Made by a program: the position numbers and the translations under genes. This document shows, piece by piece, positions 38,651 to 48,659 of a stretch of DNA of 64,000 nt. The notes beneath the pieces are model-generated. The model was not told the DNA's origin and made no database searches. It worked only from the letters and a program-made list of their open reading frames with translations. Position 1 is the stretch's first letter; the number at the start of each line of letters is the position of its first letter. The DNA is from an uncultured Chloroflexia bacterium (GTDB taxonomy: Bacteria; Chloroflexota; Limnocylindria; Limnocylindrales; CSP1-4): assembly GCA_963749705.1 (NCBI GenBank), contig CAVVNQ010000002.1, positions 1 through 64,000 on the forward strand. Reading direction: 5' to 3'.

Positions 38651-39501
38651 GCGCGCCGGATCCGGGGACGCGGTCCGTGGAGCGGGCGATCGCCCTGGCG
38701 TTCGCGGTGTCGGCGATCGCCGGCGTCGCGCTCCTGGGCGTCTACCTCGCGGGTGGTCAGACACAGGTCGAGGCGGTGCTGCTCGCGCTGTCGCTGGGCG
38801 GGATCGGGATCGGGGTCATCGCCTGGTCACAGTGGCTCCTCCCGGGCAACCTGCACATCGAGGAGCGCCACCCGGCCGAGGCGGCGGCGGATCCGGCCGC
38901 GGAGCGCGAGATCGTCGAGGAAGAGGCGTCGATCACGCGGCGCACGCTGCTCATCCGGGCGCTCGCGGGTGCGCTGGCGGGCCTGGGTGCGGCGCTCGCG
39001 ATCCCGGTGCTGTCGCTGGGACCCGCACCCGGCCGTGCCCTGTTCGAGACCCCCTGGCGCAAGGGGCTGCGACTGGTCGATCTCGAGGGCAACGTGATCC
39101 GCGCCGCGGACCTGCCGCTGGAGGGGATCGTGACCGCGTTCCCCGAGGGGTACGTCGGTTCCGCCGATGGACAGACCATCCTGATCCGCGTGGCTCCCGA
39201 CCTGCTCCGGCTGGCGGCGGACCGCATGGCGTGGGCGCCCGATGGCTACGTCGCCTACTCCAAGCTGTGCACCCACGCCGGCTGCCCGGTCGGCCTGTAT
39301 CGGGCCGCGGAGCACCGCCTGATCTGTCCCTGCCACCAGTCGACCTTCGACGTCCTCGATGGCGCCCGGCCGGTGTTCGGGCCGGCCGCCAGGCCGCTGC
39401 CACAGCTGCCGATCCGGCTCCAGCCCGACGGCACGTTCGCGGCGATGAGCGACTTCTCGGAACCCGTCGGGCCTGCGTTCTGGAACATCACCGATGGCTG
39501 A
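38647..39501 (+). CDS. qcrA: Rieske Fe-S subunit (actinobacterial 3-TM type)
   Basis: Two TM then internal TRRTLL Tat motif; CTHAGC and CPCHQSTF; GPAARPLPQL. Confidence 0.94.
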   Translation: MSAPDPGTRSVERAIALAFAVSAIAGVALLGVYLAGGQTQVEAVLLALSLGGIGIGVIAWSQWLLPGNLHIEERHPAEAAADPAAEREIVEEEASITRRTLLIRALAGALAGLGAALAIPVLSLGPAPGRALFETPWRKGLRLVDLEGNVIRAADLPLEGIVTAFPEGYVGSADGQTILIRVAPDLLRLAADRMAWAPDGYVAYSKLCTHAGCPVGLYRAAEHRLICPCHQSTFDVLDGARPVFGPAARPLPQLPIRLQPDGTFAAMSDFSEPVGPAFWNITDG

Positions 39502-40933
39502 CCCGACGACGCCCCAGGGAGCGAGCTCCGAGGGCCGCGACACCGAGCTCGAACGCCTCGTCGGCTGGGTGGACCGGCGGACCGGCGTGGCCGGGGTGCT
39601 GCGCGGCGCCATGCGCAAGGTGTTCCCGGACCACTGGAGCTTCCTGCTGGGCGAGATCGCGCTGTTCGCGTTCGTCGTCCTGCTGGCGACCGGGACGTTC
39701 ATGACCTTCTTCTATACGCCCGATGCGCGCGAGGTCACGTACGACGGGGCGTACGGCACGCTGGCCGGCACCCCCATGTCGGCGGCGTTCGCCTCGGTGA
39801 TGCGGCTCTCGTTCGATGTCGAGGCCGGCCTCCTGATGCGCCAGGTGCACCACTGGACCGCCCTCATCTTCATCGGTGCGATCGCGTTCCACCTGGCGCG
39901 GATCTTCTTCACGGGTGCGTTCCGGCGGCCGCGCGAGATCAACTACCTGATCGGGCTGGGGCTGCTGATGCTGGCGCTGGGGGAGGGGATCACCGGCTAC
40001 TCGCTGCCGGACGACCTGCTGTCGGGCACCGGGCTCCGGATCATCGATTCCGCGATGCTGTCGATCCCGTTCATCGGGCCCTGGGTGGCGTCGCTGTTCT
40101 TCGGAGGTGAGTTCCCGACGCCCGACATCCTCAGCCGGCTGTTCGTGTTCCACGTCATGCTCCTGCCGGGCCTGCTCGCCGCCGGCGTGGCCGCGCACCT
40201 CGGCCTGCTGTGGCTCCAGAAGCACACGCAGTACCGGGGCGGGGCGGCGCGCGAGGACAACGTCGTGGGCATGCCGTTCTGGCCCGGCCAGGTGTTCCGG
40301 TCGCTCGGGCTGTTCTTCCTGACGTCCGCCGTCGTGGTCCTGCTCGCCGGGCTGGTCCAGATCAACCCCGTGTGGCTGTACGGGCCGTACGTCCCCTACG
40401 TGGCGACCGTGCCGGCGCAGCCCGACTGGTACGTGGGCTGGCTCGAGGGTGCCCTCCGACTCGGCCTGCCCATCGAGCCCACGATCCTGGGGGTCACGAT
40501 CCCGTCGCCGTTCGTGCCCGGGATCCTCGTCCCGGGACTGCTGGTCGGCGCGCTGGTCGTATGGCCGTTCCTCGAGGCGCGGCTGACCCACGACCACGCC
40601 GAGCACCACCTGCTCGATGCGCCCTGGCAGGCTCCGATCCGAACCGCGACCGGGGCCGCGGGGGTGGCGGTGTTCCTGGTGCTCACGATCGCCGGCGGCA
40701 ACGACGTTCTGGCCGTGATCCTGGACGTGCCCGTCGAGGGCATCACCATGGTGTTCAGGGTGCTCCTCCTGGTCGCGCCGATCGTGACCTGGCTGGTCGT
40801 CTACCGGATGGCCAGGGATCTCCGAACGGCGCATCTCCACCGAGAGGCCGCGGGGGCGGCGGACGAGCCGCCGAGCGTGCTCCTGGTCCGGACCGCGGCG
40901 GGCGGATTCGCGGAGTCGGAGGCGGATCGATGA
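39494..40933 (+). CDS. qcrB: Cytochrome b subunit
   Basis: [38 protein letters not shown]. Confidence 0.95.
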   Translation: MADPTTPQGASSEGRDTELERLVGWVDRRTGVAGVLRGAMRKVFPDHWSFLLGEIALFAFVVLLATGTFMTFFYTPDAREVTYDGAYGTLAGTPMSAAFASVMRLSFDVEAGLLMRQVHHWTALIFIGAIAFHLARIFFTGAFRRPREINYLIGLGLLMLALGEGITGYSLPDDLLSGTGLRIIDSAMLSIPFIGPWVASLFFGGEFPTPDILSRLFVFHVMLLPGLLAAGVAAHLGLLWLQKHTQYRGGAAREDNVVGMPFWPGQVFRSLGLFFLTSAVVVLLAGLVQINPVWLYGPYVPYVATVPAQPDWYVGWLEGALRLGLPIEPTILGVTIPSPFVPGILVPGLLVGALVVWPFLEARLTHDHAEHHLLDAPWQAPIRTATGAAGVAVFLVLTIAGGNDVLAVILDVPVEGITMVFRVLLLVAPIVTWLVVYRMARDLRTAHLHREAAGAADEPPSVLLVRTAAGGFAESEADR

Positions 40934-41658
40934 CCGGCCTGCGCCGGCGGCCGGGGCGGGGGATGCTCGTCGTTGCCACCCTGCTTGCCGTCGCGGCAGC
41001 GGGTTGCATGCCGGCACCCGCCACCAGCCAGGGACGCCAGATCTCGGACCTGTACACGGTGTTCCTGGTCGGCGGGATCATCGTCGGCACCATCGTGTGG
41101 AGCCTGGTCACGTGGGCGATCCTGCGCTACCGGCGACGCGACGACCGGCTTCCCGCCCAGACCAGCGGCGACCTTCGGATCGAGGCCATCTGGACGCTCA
41201 TCCCGCTGGCGACCGTGCTGGTCCTGTTCGTGCTGACGGTCCAGACGATCTCGTCCGTGGGCGCGGTCGAACCGGGTGGCGTCAACCTCCACGTCACGGC
41301 GTTCCGGTGGCAGTGGAAGGCGACCTATCCCGACGCGGGCGTGACCATCACCGGGACCGACGCCGCCAATCTCGAGGTCGTGCTGCCGGTGGACACGCCG
41401 GTCCACGTCACCCTCGAGTCGCTGGACGTGAACCACGCCTTCTACGTGCCCGCGTTCCTGTTCAAGCGGGACGCGATCCCCGGCCGGCCGACCACGTTCG
41501 ACCTCCGGGTGACGGCGCCCGGTGTCTACCCCGGCCAGTGCGCCGAGTTCTGCGGCATCGGCCACGACCAGATGCTGTTCACCGTTCGGGGCGTCGACCG
41601 GGCGACCTTCGATGCCTGGCTCGCCGACCACGCGGCGGGCGGGAGCGCGGCACCGTGA
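40930..41658 (+). CDS. ctaC: Cytochrome c oxidase subunit II (lipoprotein)
   Basis: Lipobox AAAGC; [25 protein letters not shown] CuA site. Confidence 0.95.
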   Translation: MTGLRRRPGRGMLVVATLLAVAAAGCMPAPATSQGRQISDLYTVFLVGGIIVGTIVWSLVTWAILRYRRRDDRLPAQTSGDLRIEAIWTLIPLATVLVLFVLTVQTISSVGAVEPGGVNLHVTAFRWQWKATYPDAGVTITGTDAANLEVVLPVDTPVHVTLESLDVNHAFYVPAFLFKRDAIPGRPTTFDLRVTAPGVYPGQCAEFCGIGHDQMLFTVRGVDRATFDAWLADHAAGGSAAP

Positions 41659-43346
41659 CCGCGATCGACAAGCCCGTCGCCGCCACCCCGCTCGCCGCCG
41701 TCCCGGGCGCGGGCCTGCTCGACTGGCTCACCACGACCGATCACAAGCGGATCGGCGCGATGTACATCACGGCGGCGTTCGGTTTTGCGCTGGTCGGCGG
41801 CGCGATCGCGGAGCTGATCCGGCTCGAGCTCGCGGCGCCGGGCCAGCAGCTGGTGAACGCCTCGACCTATGACCAGCTGTTCACCGTCCACGGCACCCTG
41901 ATGCTGCTGTTCTTCGCCGGCCCGCTGGCGATCGGCTTCGCGAACGCGCTGGTCCCGCTCCAGATCGGGGCCGCGGACATGGTGTTCCCGCGGCTGAACG
42001 CGCTGTCGTTCTGGCTGTTCCTGTTCGGCGGCCTGATCGTGATGTCCGGCTTCCTGACCACCGGCGGGGCGGCCGCCGCGGGCTGGACGGGCTACCCGCC
42101 GCTGTCCGGTCCCGACTTTGCGCCCAATGCGGGCATGGACCTGTGGATCATGGGTGTCGGGCTGGTGGGGGTGTCGGGGATCCTCGGCGCACTCAACTTC
42201 ATGATCACGATCTACACGCGTCGCGCGCCCGGGATGCGGATGTTCCGGATGCCGATGTTCACCTGGACCATCCTGGTGACCTCGGTGCTCATCCTGTTCG
42301 CCTTCCCGTCGGTGACCGCCGCGCTCGCGATGCTGTTCATCGACCGTCACTTCGGCGGCGGCTTCTTCGACCCGACCCAGGGCGGCGACCCGGTGCTGTG
42401 GCAGCACCTGTTCTGGTTCTTCGGCCACCCCGAGGTCTACATCCTCATCCTGCCGTACTTCGGGATCATGAGCGAGGTCGTGCCGGTGTTCTCGAGCAAG
42501 CCGCTGTTCGGCTACCGGCTGATGGTGCTCGCGGTCATCGCCATCGCCGGCCTGTCGATGGGCGTCTGGGCGCACCACATGTACACCACCGGTCGGGTCG
42601 ACCTGCCGTTCTTCTCGATCATGTCGCTGCTGATCGCGGTGCCCACCGGGATCAAGATCTTCAACTGGACGGCAACGATGTGGCGGGGGAGCCTGCGGTT
42701 CACGGTCCCGATGCTGTGGTGCCTCGGGCTGCTGTACGTGTTCACGATCGGCGGGATCACGGGCGTGATGCTGGCGTCGCCGCCCATCGACTACCAGGCG
42801 CAGGACACCTACTTCGTGGTCGCCCACATGCACAACGTGCTCATCGGCGGCACCGTGTTCGCCGGATTCGCGGGGATCTACTTCTGGTTCCCCAAGCTGA
42901 CCGGCCGGATGCTCGACGAGCGCCTGGGCCGGCTGCACTTCGCCAGCTGGGTCGTCGGGTTCGCGCTGACGTTCGTGCCCCAGTACATCCTTGGCACCGA
43001 GGGCATGCCGCGTCGGATCGCCGACTACGCTCCGGACCGCGGCTGGACGGACCTGAACCTGGTGTCGACCATCGGCGCGCTGCTGCTCGCGGCGGGCATG
43101 CTGCCGTTCCTGCTGGCGGTGTTCCGGGCGCTGCGTCGACCCGCCGACCAGCCGCCGGATCCGTGGGGCGGCAACTCGCTCGAGTGGGCCACGACGTCGC
43201 CGCCCCCGCACCACAACTTCGATCACCTGCCACCGATCCGCTCCCTCCGCCCGGTGTTCGATGCCCGCATGGCCGCGGCCGACGCTGCGACCCGCGGGGG
43301 CGACACCCCGGAGGCGGCCCGGCCGACCACAGGAAAGGACGGCTGA
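41655..43346 (+). CDS. ctaD: Cytochrome c oxidase subunit I (A1 type)
   Basis: TDHKRIG, GHPEVY, WAHHM, AHMH, GMPRR. Confidence 0.97.
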   Translation: MTAIDKPVAATPLAAVPGAGLLDWLTTTDHKRIGAMYITAAFGFALVGGAIAELIRLELAAPGQQLVNASTYDQLFTVHGTLMLLFFAGPLAIGFANALVPLQIGAADMVFPRLNALSFWLFLFGGLIVMSGFLTTGGAAAAGWTGYPPLSGPDFAPNAGMDLWIMGVGLVGVSGILGALNFMITIYTRRAPGMRMFRMPMFTWTILVTSVLILFAFPSVTAALAMLFIDRHFGGGFFDPTQGGDPVLWQHLFWFFGHPEVYILILPYFGIMSEVVPVFSSKPLFGYRLMVLAVIAIAGLSMGVWAHHMYTTGRVDLPFFSIMSLLIAVPTGIKIFNWTATMWRGSLRFTVPMLWCLGLLYVFTIGGITGVMLASPPIDYQAQDTYFVVAHMHNVLIGGTVFAGFAGIYFWFPKLTGRMLDERLGRLHFASWVVGFALTFVPQYILGTEGMPRRIADYAPDRGWTDLNLVSTIGALLLAAGMLPFLLAVFRALRRPADQPPDPWGGNSLEWATTSPPPHHNFDHLPPIRSLRPVFDARMAAADAATRGGDTPEAARPTTGKDG

Positions 43347-43795
43347 TGGCCGAGGAGATCCGCTTCTTCGGGCGGTTGTCCGTGTACGCGCTGGTCGTCG
43401 GGGCCGGGTACTGGTTCATCTCGTACGAGGTCGCCGGCACCGTGCTCCTGCTGGGCTTCGGGGTCGCGACGGGCGTGGCGTTCATCGTCCTCCGCCTGGG
43501 GAGGCCGGCACCCGGCGATCCGCGCGGGGACGAGGTGGCGACCTACCCGGGCAGACCGGACGGGCCGTTCGGCGACGAGTCGGCCCCGGTGCCGACCCGC
43601 AGCGCCGCGCCCCTGGTGGTGGGCTTCGGGATCGCGGTCATGGCCCTGGCCGGCGCGTTCGGTCCGTGGTTCCTGCTCACCGGCGCGATCCCGTTCCTCA
43701 TCGGTGCGGTGGACTGGCTGCGCGCGGCCGGACGGGAGCTGCGCCAGCGCGACCGGGCGGACGCCCGGACGGCCGGACCGGCGTCGAGGGACTGA
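43346..43795 (+). CDS. ctaF: Cytochrome c oxidase subunit IV (actinobacterial CtaF-like)
   Basis: YWF.SYE.AGTVLL, SAAPL..GFG; position after ctaD. Confidence 0.75.
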   Translation: MAEEIRFFGRLSVYALVVGAGYWFISYEVAGTVLLLGFGVATGVAFIVLRLGRPAPGDPRGDEVATYPGRPDGPFGDESAPVPTRSAAPLVVGFGIAVMALAGAFGPWFLLTGAIPFLIGAVDWLRAAGRELRQRDRADARTAGPASRD

Positions 43796-43805
43796 TCAGC
43801 CGCGG

Positions 43806-44396
43806 ATGAGGCACGCCGACCACGTTGCCCTGATCCGCGGCGGCGTCGAAGGAACGGGCCCACGGTGGCTCGAGCTGGGAGCCGGCAACGGCGAGTTCAC
43901 CCTTGCCCTGGCCGACACCCTTGGGGAGGGCGGTCACATCCTGGCCATCGACCGGGACCGATGGGCGCTCGAGGAGCTTGCCGAGCGTGCGGCTGCCGGG
44001 TTCCCGGACACGCGCGTCCACACCGCCGTTGCCGATTTCACCCACAGCCTCCCCGCGGGCCCGTTCGATGGCGTGCTGGCCGCCAACAGCCTCCACTTCG
44101 TCGCCGACCAGCCGGCGGTGCTGCGAGCCGTGCACGCGGCACTCGCGCCCGGCGGCCCGTTCGTCATCGTCGAGTACGACACCGAGCACGGCAACCCGTA
44201 CGTCCCGCACCCCATCGCCTTCGACCGCCTGCCCTCGCTGGCCGCGGCTGCCGGGTTCACGCCGCCGCGGCTCCTGCACCGCGTTCCCAGCCGGTTCCTG
44301 GGGGCGATCTACGGCGCTGTGGCGACCCGGCCGGCCGTGGATGCCGAGACCCGCGTGCTACACTCCGGCCCTCACGGCGACGACCGAGAGGAGTAG
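43806..44396 (+). CDS. Class I SAM-dependent methyltransferase
   Basis: LELGAGNGEF, AIDRD, ADF, FDGVLAANSLHFV, LAPGG. Confidence 0.9.
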   Translation: MRHADHVALIRGGVEGTGPRWLELGAGNGEFTLALADTLGEGGHILAIDRDRWALEELAERAAAGFPDTRVHTAVADFTHSLPAGPFDGVLAANSLHFVADQPAVLRAVHAALAPGGPFVIVEYDTEHGNPYVPHPIAFDRLPSLAAAAGFTPPRLLHRVPSRFLGAIYGAVATRPAVDAETRVLHSGPHGDDREE

Positions 44397-44610
44397 GTCC
44401 GGTACGACCCCGGAGCGAGCGCGGGACGGTGCGAGCCGCGCGGGCACGACGGATCCGAAGGTCGCTCGCGAGCCGTGCGGGTGGCGCCCGGTAGCGCGCC
44501 GCGAGGACGCCGGAACCCAGCCGGCCGCGATGAGCGGCGGGCCCCGGTGTCGAACCAGCAGGTGGTACCACGACCCCGTTCGTCCGCTGGACGAGCGGGT
44601 CGTTTCGTAT
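44371..44610 (+). ncRNA. T-box riboswitch (Val, specifier GUC)
   Basis: TGCTACACT promoter 44356-44364; AGTA, AGCGA bulge, GGTGCGA loop, GAAG-GTC specifier 44461-44463; AGCAGGTGGTACCACG T-box; terminator hairpin. Confidence 0.92.
44570..44610 (+). terminator. T-box intrinsic terminator
   Basis: ACGACCCCGTTCGTCC-GCT-GGACGAGCGGGTCGT followed by TTCGTAT. Confidence 0.75.
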
Positions 44611-44645
44611 CCGGGGCAAGGCCCCGCACCGCAGCGGAGCGAGCG

Positions 44646-47381
44646 ATGACGCACTCGGAGTCGACGGAGATCCTGGCCAAGGCCTACGTGCCGGCAGCGT
44701 TCGAGCACGAGATCTACGAGCGCTGGCTGGCCGCGGACGTGTTCGCCCCCGACGGCGCCGGCTCGCTGGCCGATTGGGCGCAGCCGCCGTTCGTGATCAT
44801 CCAGCCGCCCCCGAACGTCACCGGCAGCCTGCACCTGGGACACGCCCAGCGGACGACGGTCGAGGACCTGATGGTCCGGCACGCGCGGATGCTGGGACGA
44901 CCGGCATTGTTCCTGCCGGGTCTCGACCACGCCAGCATCGCCGCGCAGTTCGTGCTCGACGGCATCCTGGCGACGGAAGGCGAGAGCCGAGCAACGCTCG
45001 GGCGCGACCGATACCTGGAGCGGATGCACGGGTTCATCGAGGACACGCGGTCCGTCATCCTGTCCCAGCAGCGGCGCGTGGGCGGCAGCTGCGACTGGGG
45101 CCGCCTCCGGTTCACCATGGACGACATCTCGGCACGCGCCGTCCGCGAGGCGTTCCTGCGGCTGTACCGGAAGGGGCTGGCGTACCGCGCCGAGGCGCTC
45201 GTCAACTGGTGTCCCGGCTGCCGCACGAGCGTGAGCGACCTCGAGACCATCCCCACGCCCGAGGCCGGCACGCTGTGGCGGGTCCGGTACCACCTGATCG
45301 ACGAGTCGACCGGGCTGCCCGATCCCGACGCGACGCTGACGGTGGCGACGACGAGGCCCGAGACGATCCTGGGCGACACCGCGGTTGCCGTCCATCCCGA
45401 CGACCCGCGCTACGCGGCGCTGGTGGGCCGGCGCGTGCGGATCCCGTTCGTGGACCGCGACGTGCCGGTGATCGCGGACCCCGTGGTCGACCCGGCGTTC
45501 GGGACGGGCGCGGTCAAGATCACGCCCGCACACGATCACGACGACCACGAGACGGGCGTCCGGCACGGGCTGTCGATGCCGACCATCCTCGACGATGCCG
45601 CACGCATCGCGAACACCGGCACGGCGTACGACGGAGCGGACCGCTTCGCCGCTCGCGCACGGATCGTCGAGGACCTGGCGGCGGCGGGCGACCTCGAAGG
45701 GTCGCAGCCGCACGAGATGGTCGTCGGGCGGTGCCAGCGCAGCAATGACATCGTCGAGCCCCGGCTCAAGACCCAGTGGTTCATCCGGACGGCGCCGCTC
45801 GCGGAGGCGGCGCTGGCGGCGACGCGTTCCGGCCGGATCGCCATCCTCCCGGCGAGGTTCGAGAAGGTCTGGGAGCACTGGCTGACCAACATCCGCGACT
45901 GGAACGTGTCGCGCCAGCTGTGGTGGGGTCACCGGATCCCGGCCTGGTACTGCCCGGACGGCCATGCGACCGTCAGCGCGGACCCTGCGGGTCCCGATGC
46001 GTGCGAGGTCTGCGGGCAGCCCGCGGACCGGCTCACGCAGGACCCGGACATCTTCGACACCTGGTTCAGCTCCGGGCTGTGGCCGTTCTCCACCCTCGGC
46101 TGGCCCGAGGCGACCGAGGACCTTGCCCGGTTCTATCCGGGCTCGGTCATGGAGACCGGCTACGACATCATCTTCTTCTGGGTCGCCCGGATGGTGATGC
46201 TGGGCATCGAGCTGACCGGCGAGGCGCCGTTCCACACGGTGTACCTGTCCGGCCTGATCCGCGACCCGTACGGCCAGAAGATGTCCAAGACCAAGGGCAA
46301 CTCGGTCGATCCGCTGGGCATGATCGACGAGCTGGGCGCCGATGCCGTCCGGTTCGCGGTCGTCCATGGGGCAACGCCGGGCAACGACCAGCGGTTCGGC
46401 AGGGCAAAGGTCGAGAACGCCCGGAACTTCGCCAACAAGCTGTGGAACGCGACCCGGTTCGTGCTCGGCGCGCGGCCGCCGTCCATCCCGGCCGATGCGG
46501 CGCGCACGCCACCGGAGCGCGACCGCCTCGGGCCCGGCGACCGATGGCTGCTGTCGCGGCTGAGCGCGACCGTCGACGCCGTCGACCGCGCGATGGCCGG
46601 ATATGCGTTCGGTGAGGTCACGCGCCTCCTGTACGACGCGATCTGGAGCGAGCTCTGCGACTGGGGGATCGAGCTGGCCAAGGTCCGCCTCGTGGACGAG
46701 CGGCTCGGCGATGCGGAGCGCGAGGCCACCTGGTGGACGCTGGTGCACGCGCTCGACACCTACCTGCGCCTGCTCCATCCCGTGATGCCGTTCCTGACCG
46801 AGGTGCTGTGGGGCGCGCTGCCGCACCACGAGGCCGATCCGGCGCTGCTGATCGTGGCCGGCTGGCCGGCAGCGGGGGAGCGCGACGAGGCGGCCGAGCA
46901 GGAGGTGGGCGCACTGGTGGAGCTGGTCCGCGCCGTGCGCAACGCACGTGCCGACGCCCGGCTCGAGCCGGCGGCCTGGCTGCCCGTCGATGTGTTCGTG
47001 GAGCCCGTCCTGGTGCCGGCCATGACGGCGCTGCGGCCGGTCATCGAGCGCTTGGCGCGGGCGCGGCCGATGCGGCGCCACGACACGCGCGATGCCTTGC
47101 AGGCCGCAACCCAAGGAGCCCATGGCCTGGCCGTGGTGGCCGGCGCCGCCGAGGCGGTCATCAGGCTCGCCGAGGTGGACCCGGCCGCGGCGGCGGCCGA
47201 TCACGCGCGCCTGGAGAAGGAGCTGCTCGACGCGGAGCGCCTGCTCGCGGCAGCCCGTGCGCGGCTTGCCAATGAGGCGTTCGTGGCCAAGGCGCCGCCG
47301 GCGATCGTTGACGGCGCCCGGGCCCGCGAGGCCGAGCTCGCCGACCAGGTTCGCCGGCTTCGGGAGACCGTCGCCCGCTGA
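44646..47381 (+). CDS. valS: Valine--tRNA ligase
   Basis: PPPNVTGSLHLGH, TTRPET, GTGAVKITPAH, SRQLWWGHRIP, DTWFSS, KMSKT, C-terminal coiled coil. Confidence 0.98.
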   Translation: MTHSESTEILAKAYVPAAFEHEIYERWLAADVFAPDGAGSLADWAQPPFVIIQPPPNVTGSLHLGHAQRTTVEDLMVRHARMLGRPALFLPGLDHASIAAQFVLDGILATEGESRATLGRDRYLERMHGFIEDTRSVILSQQRRVGGSCDWGRLRFTMDDISARAVREAFLRLYRKGLAYRAEALVNWCPGCRTSVSDLETIPTPEAGTLWRVRYHLIDESTGLPDPDATLTVATTRPETILGDTAVAVHPDDPRYAALVGRRVRIPFVDRDVPVIADPVVDPAFGTGAVKITPAHDHDDHETGVRHGLSMPTILDDAARIANTGTAYDGADRFAARARIVEDLAAAGDLEGSQPHEMVVGRCQRSNDIVEPRLKTQWFIRTAPLAEAALAATRSGRIAILPARFEKVWEHWLTNIRDWNVSRQLWWGHRIPAWYCPDGHATVSADPAGPDACEVCGQPADRLTQDPDIFDTWFSSGLWPFSTLGWPEATEDLARFYPGSVMETGYDIIFFWVARMVMLGIELTGEAPFHTVYLSGLIRDPYGQKMSKTKGNSVDPLGMIDELGADAVRFAVVHGATPGNDQRFGRAKVENARNFANKLWNATRFVLGARPPSIPADAARTPPERDRLGPGDRWLLSRLSATVDAVDRAMAGYAFGEVTRLLYDAIWSELCDWGIELAKVRLVDERLGDAEREATWWTLVHALDTYLRLLHPVMPFLTEVLWGALPHHEADPALLIVAGWPAAGERDEAAEQEVGALVELVRAVRNARADARLEPAAWLPVDVFVEPVLVPAMTALRPVIERLARARPMRRHDTRDALQAATQGAHGLAVVAGAAEAVIRLAEVDPAAAAADHARLEKELLDAERLLAAARARLANEAFVAKAPPAIVDGARAREAELADQVRRLRETVAR

Positions 47382-47450
47382 TCGGCGGGCGGACGCCTCC
47401 GCGCTCGAGCGGCGCCCGGGGTTGGGACCCCTTCCCCTCACCCTTTACAC

Positions 47451-47464
47451 TGGGACCGGTTCCA
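47451..47464. promoter_or_regulatory. LacI-family operator TGGGACCGGTTCCA (autoregulatory)
   Basis: Imperfect palindrome with central CG, adjacent to TACACT -10 (47446-47451); identical copy at 48598. Confidence 0.8.
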
Positions 47465-47481
47465 TGAAGAGGCGATTGAGC

Positions 47482-48498
47482 GTGGGTGTCACCATCAGCG
47501 ATGTCGCCCGGCTTGCAGGGGTCGGTCGCGGCACCGTCAGCCGGGTGCTCAACGATCGCGCCAATGTCGATCCCGCGACGCGGGAGAAGGTCCTCGCGGC
47601 GATCAAGGCGCTCGACTTCGTCCCGAGCCAGACGGCCCGGCGGCTCAGCCTGCGCCGGACCCAGACGATCGCGGTCATCATCCCGTTCCTCACGCGTCCG
47701 TCCGCGGTGGAGCGGCTGAGCGGCATCGAGCAGACGCTGGCCGCATCCGGGTATGACCCGATCGTGTTCAACATCGAGACCGCGGAGCGGCGGCAGGCCG
47801 TGTTCCGGGACCTTCCGCGGCCCGAGCGGATGGACGGATTGATCATCGTGTCGCTGTCGCCGCACCCCGCCGAGCTGGAGCGGATCGAACGTTCAGGGCT
47901 GCCGACGGTGCTCGTCGATGCCCATCACCGTGGGCTGCCACGAGTCGTGGGCAACGACGTGCTCGGCGGCCGTCTGGCGGCGCAGCACGTGATCAACCTC
48001 GGCCACCGCCGGATCGCATACCTGGGCGACATCCCGCGCGTGGCGCTCGCATTCACGTCGAGCCGGCTCCGGCTGTCGGGCGTCCGCCAGACGCTGCGGG
48101 CCAACGGAATCGGCCTGCCGCCGAGCAGGGTCGGGATCGGTGAGCACTCTCGCCAACGGGCGGCGGAGATGGCCATCCGGATGCTGAGCGCGGCCGACCC
48201 GCCGACCGCGATCATCTGCGCCAGCGACACTCAGGCGGCGGGGGTGCTCGAGGCGGCCGGACACCTCGGGCTCAGCGTCCCGGGCGACGTGTCGGTGACG
48301 GGATACGACGACCTGGAGATGGCCGATCACCTGGGGTTGACGACCATCCACCAGCCGCTGTTCGAATCCGGCGTGCGTGCCGTCGAGCGGTTGCTCAGGT
48401 TGCTCGACGGCGGCCCGGCAGAGCCGTTGCGAGAGGTCCAGGACATCAGCCTCGTGGTTCGCCGTTCGACCGCGATGGTGGCGGTTCGGACGGGGTAG
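47482..48498 (+). CDS. LacI-family transcriptional regulator
   Basis: TISDVARLAGVGRGTVSRVLN HTH; VPGDVSVTGYDD, LTTIHQP; alternative start ATG 47464. Confidence 0.95.
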   Translation: MGVTISDVARLAGVGRGTVSRVLNDRANVDPATREKVLAAIKALDFVPSQTARRLSLRRTQTIAVIIPFLTRPSAVERLSGIEQTLAASGYDPIVFNIETAERRQAVFRDLPRPERMDGLIIVSLSPHPAELERIERSGLPTVLVDAHHRGLPRVVGNDVLGGRLAAQHVINLGHRRIAYLGDIPRVALAFTSSRLRLSGVRQTLRANGIGLPPSRVGIGEHSRQRAAEMAIRMLSAADPPTAIICASDTQAAGVLEAAGHLGLSVPGDVSVTGYDDLEMADHLGLTTIHQPLFESGVRAVERLLRLLDGGPAEPLREVQDISLVVRRSTAMVAVRTG

Positions 48499-48596
48499 AT
48501 CGGGGAGGACAGACGCTGCAGAACCGAGCACAAGAACCCACCGGGACATGGACCGACGGCCCTTGACATGCGTTGGTAGGCTTGCGATAGGGGCGC

Positions 48597-48612
48597 GTGG
48601 GACCGGTTCCAC
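48597..48612. promoter_or_regulatory. LacI-family operator GTGGGACCGGTTCCAC upstream of the sugar ABC operon
   Basis: Palindrome downstream of TTGACA 48563-48568. Confidence 0.8.
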
Positions 48613-48659
48613 GAACCCGCATTGGGTCGGCCGTGCTGGCCGAGCCGCAGGAGGAGCAC

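Noticed and set aside
44358-47441. Very long antisense ORFs (1027 aa here; also 52063-55242, 60640-63912 and others)
   Set aside because: Shadow frames of real genes caused by high GC3; Arg/Gly/Pro-rich with no motifs
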